DNA of 64,000 nt, from assembly GCF_006345805.1 (NCBI RefSeq), contig NC_043000.1:67580001-67644000 (forward strand), given 5' to 3'. The position numbers and the translations under genes are program-made. Shown one piece after another: positions 63,321-64,000 of the stretch. Position 1 is the first letter of the stretch. Each line of letters opens with the position of its first letter. The DNA is from Octopus sinensis (Eukaryota). A model generated the notes under the pieces. The model was not told the origin of the DNA, did not search any database, and was given only the letters and a program-made list of their open reading frames with translations.

Positions 63321-64000
63321 CATGTATATATATATGTTTGTGTGTGTGCGAGTCTTTGTGTCTGTGTTTGTTCTCCACCCTCACTTGACAACCAGCGGCT
63401 CGGCCAAAGAGACTGATAGAATAAGTACTAGGCTTAAAAAAATAGTACTGGGGTCGATTCGTTCGACTAAAATTTGTTCAGTGCCACAACATTGCCGCAG
63501 TCTAATCACTGAAACAAGTAAAAGATACAAGATATATTTCCATAATAGAATTATTATAGTGTTATATAATAAATATCCACCATTTCGTCATTGGCAATTG
63601 AAACCTAAATAAATGTATTATTCGATCGACGGAAAAAAAAACTAAGCGAAAAATAGAAACAAAAAAATTCTTCATGATTTACAGTGTAAAGTATTTGTGC
63701 TCAACAGGAAGGAGCAGCTATGGTATAAATGGCGTTGGGAAAGGATCTATCGAAATGTTTTAAGACACAAATAGTTAACTGTAGCTTCCAAACTAAACAA
63801 TGGAAACTATGTGAATTATATAAAAACAACTGAATAAGTTCATAGATGTAGAAGCATCATGACTTATATACAATATTGTAAAATGTAGCTAGATACCAAA
63901 AACTGCACTGGAAGACTCATAGGTCACGAATATACTAGAATTGCTGGTAGAAGAATTAAAAAAAAGCGAATCACATATATATTTTCACGCACATACATAA

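Overview
AT-rich, microsatellite-laden animal genomic DNA. The SINE and repeat content suggests an octopod cephalopod (inference). No bacterial-type operons, rRNA, true tRNA genes or CRISPR arrays are present. One host gene is supported: three frame-compatible + strand exons (17418-17477, 21525-21600, 24546-25254), plus a weaker upstream candidate at 11063-11185, encoding the juxtamembrane, TM and tyrosine-rich cytoplasmic part of a single-pass membrane protein. The rest is mostly mobile DNA: RLE-type (R4/Dong-like) LINE 3' ends anchored in (TAA)n, a young non-autonomous LTR element (1.13-kb LTRs, tRNA-Trp PBS, CTAG TSD), two mariners, two internally deleted Tx1/L1-like LINEs, many tRNA-derived SINEs, and several Penelope-like elements (PLEs), including a 3.5-kb head-to-tail tandem. 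Three observations stand out. (1) The tandem PLE has an HIV-type U_UUU_UUA slippery site exactly where ORF1 overlaps, in the -1 frame, an ATG-less start of the RT-GIY-YIG ORF, a candidate programmed -1 frameshift. (2) Two divergent Tx1-like LINEs, and SINEs carrying the same 3' tail, insert at the same GTATTT(CGTC) site inside the host SINE family, an apparent SINE-targeting LINE/SINE system. (3) Minimal type I hammerhead ribozymes with variant cores (U3-A8) occur in PLE 3' regions. All calls come from manual reading; no searches were run.
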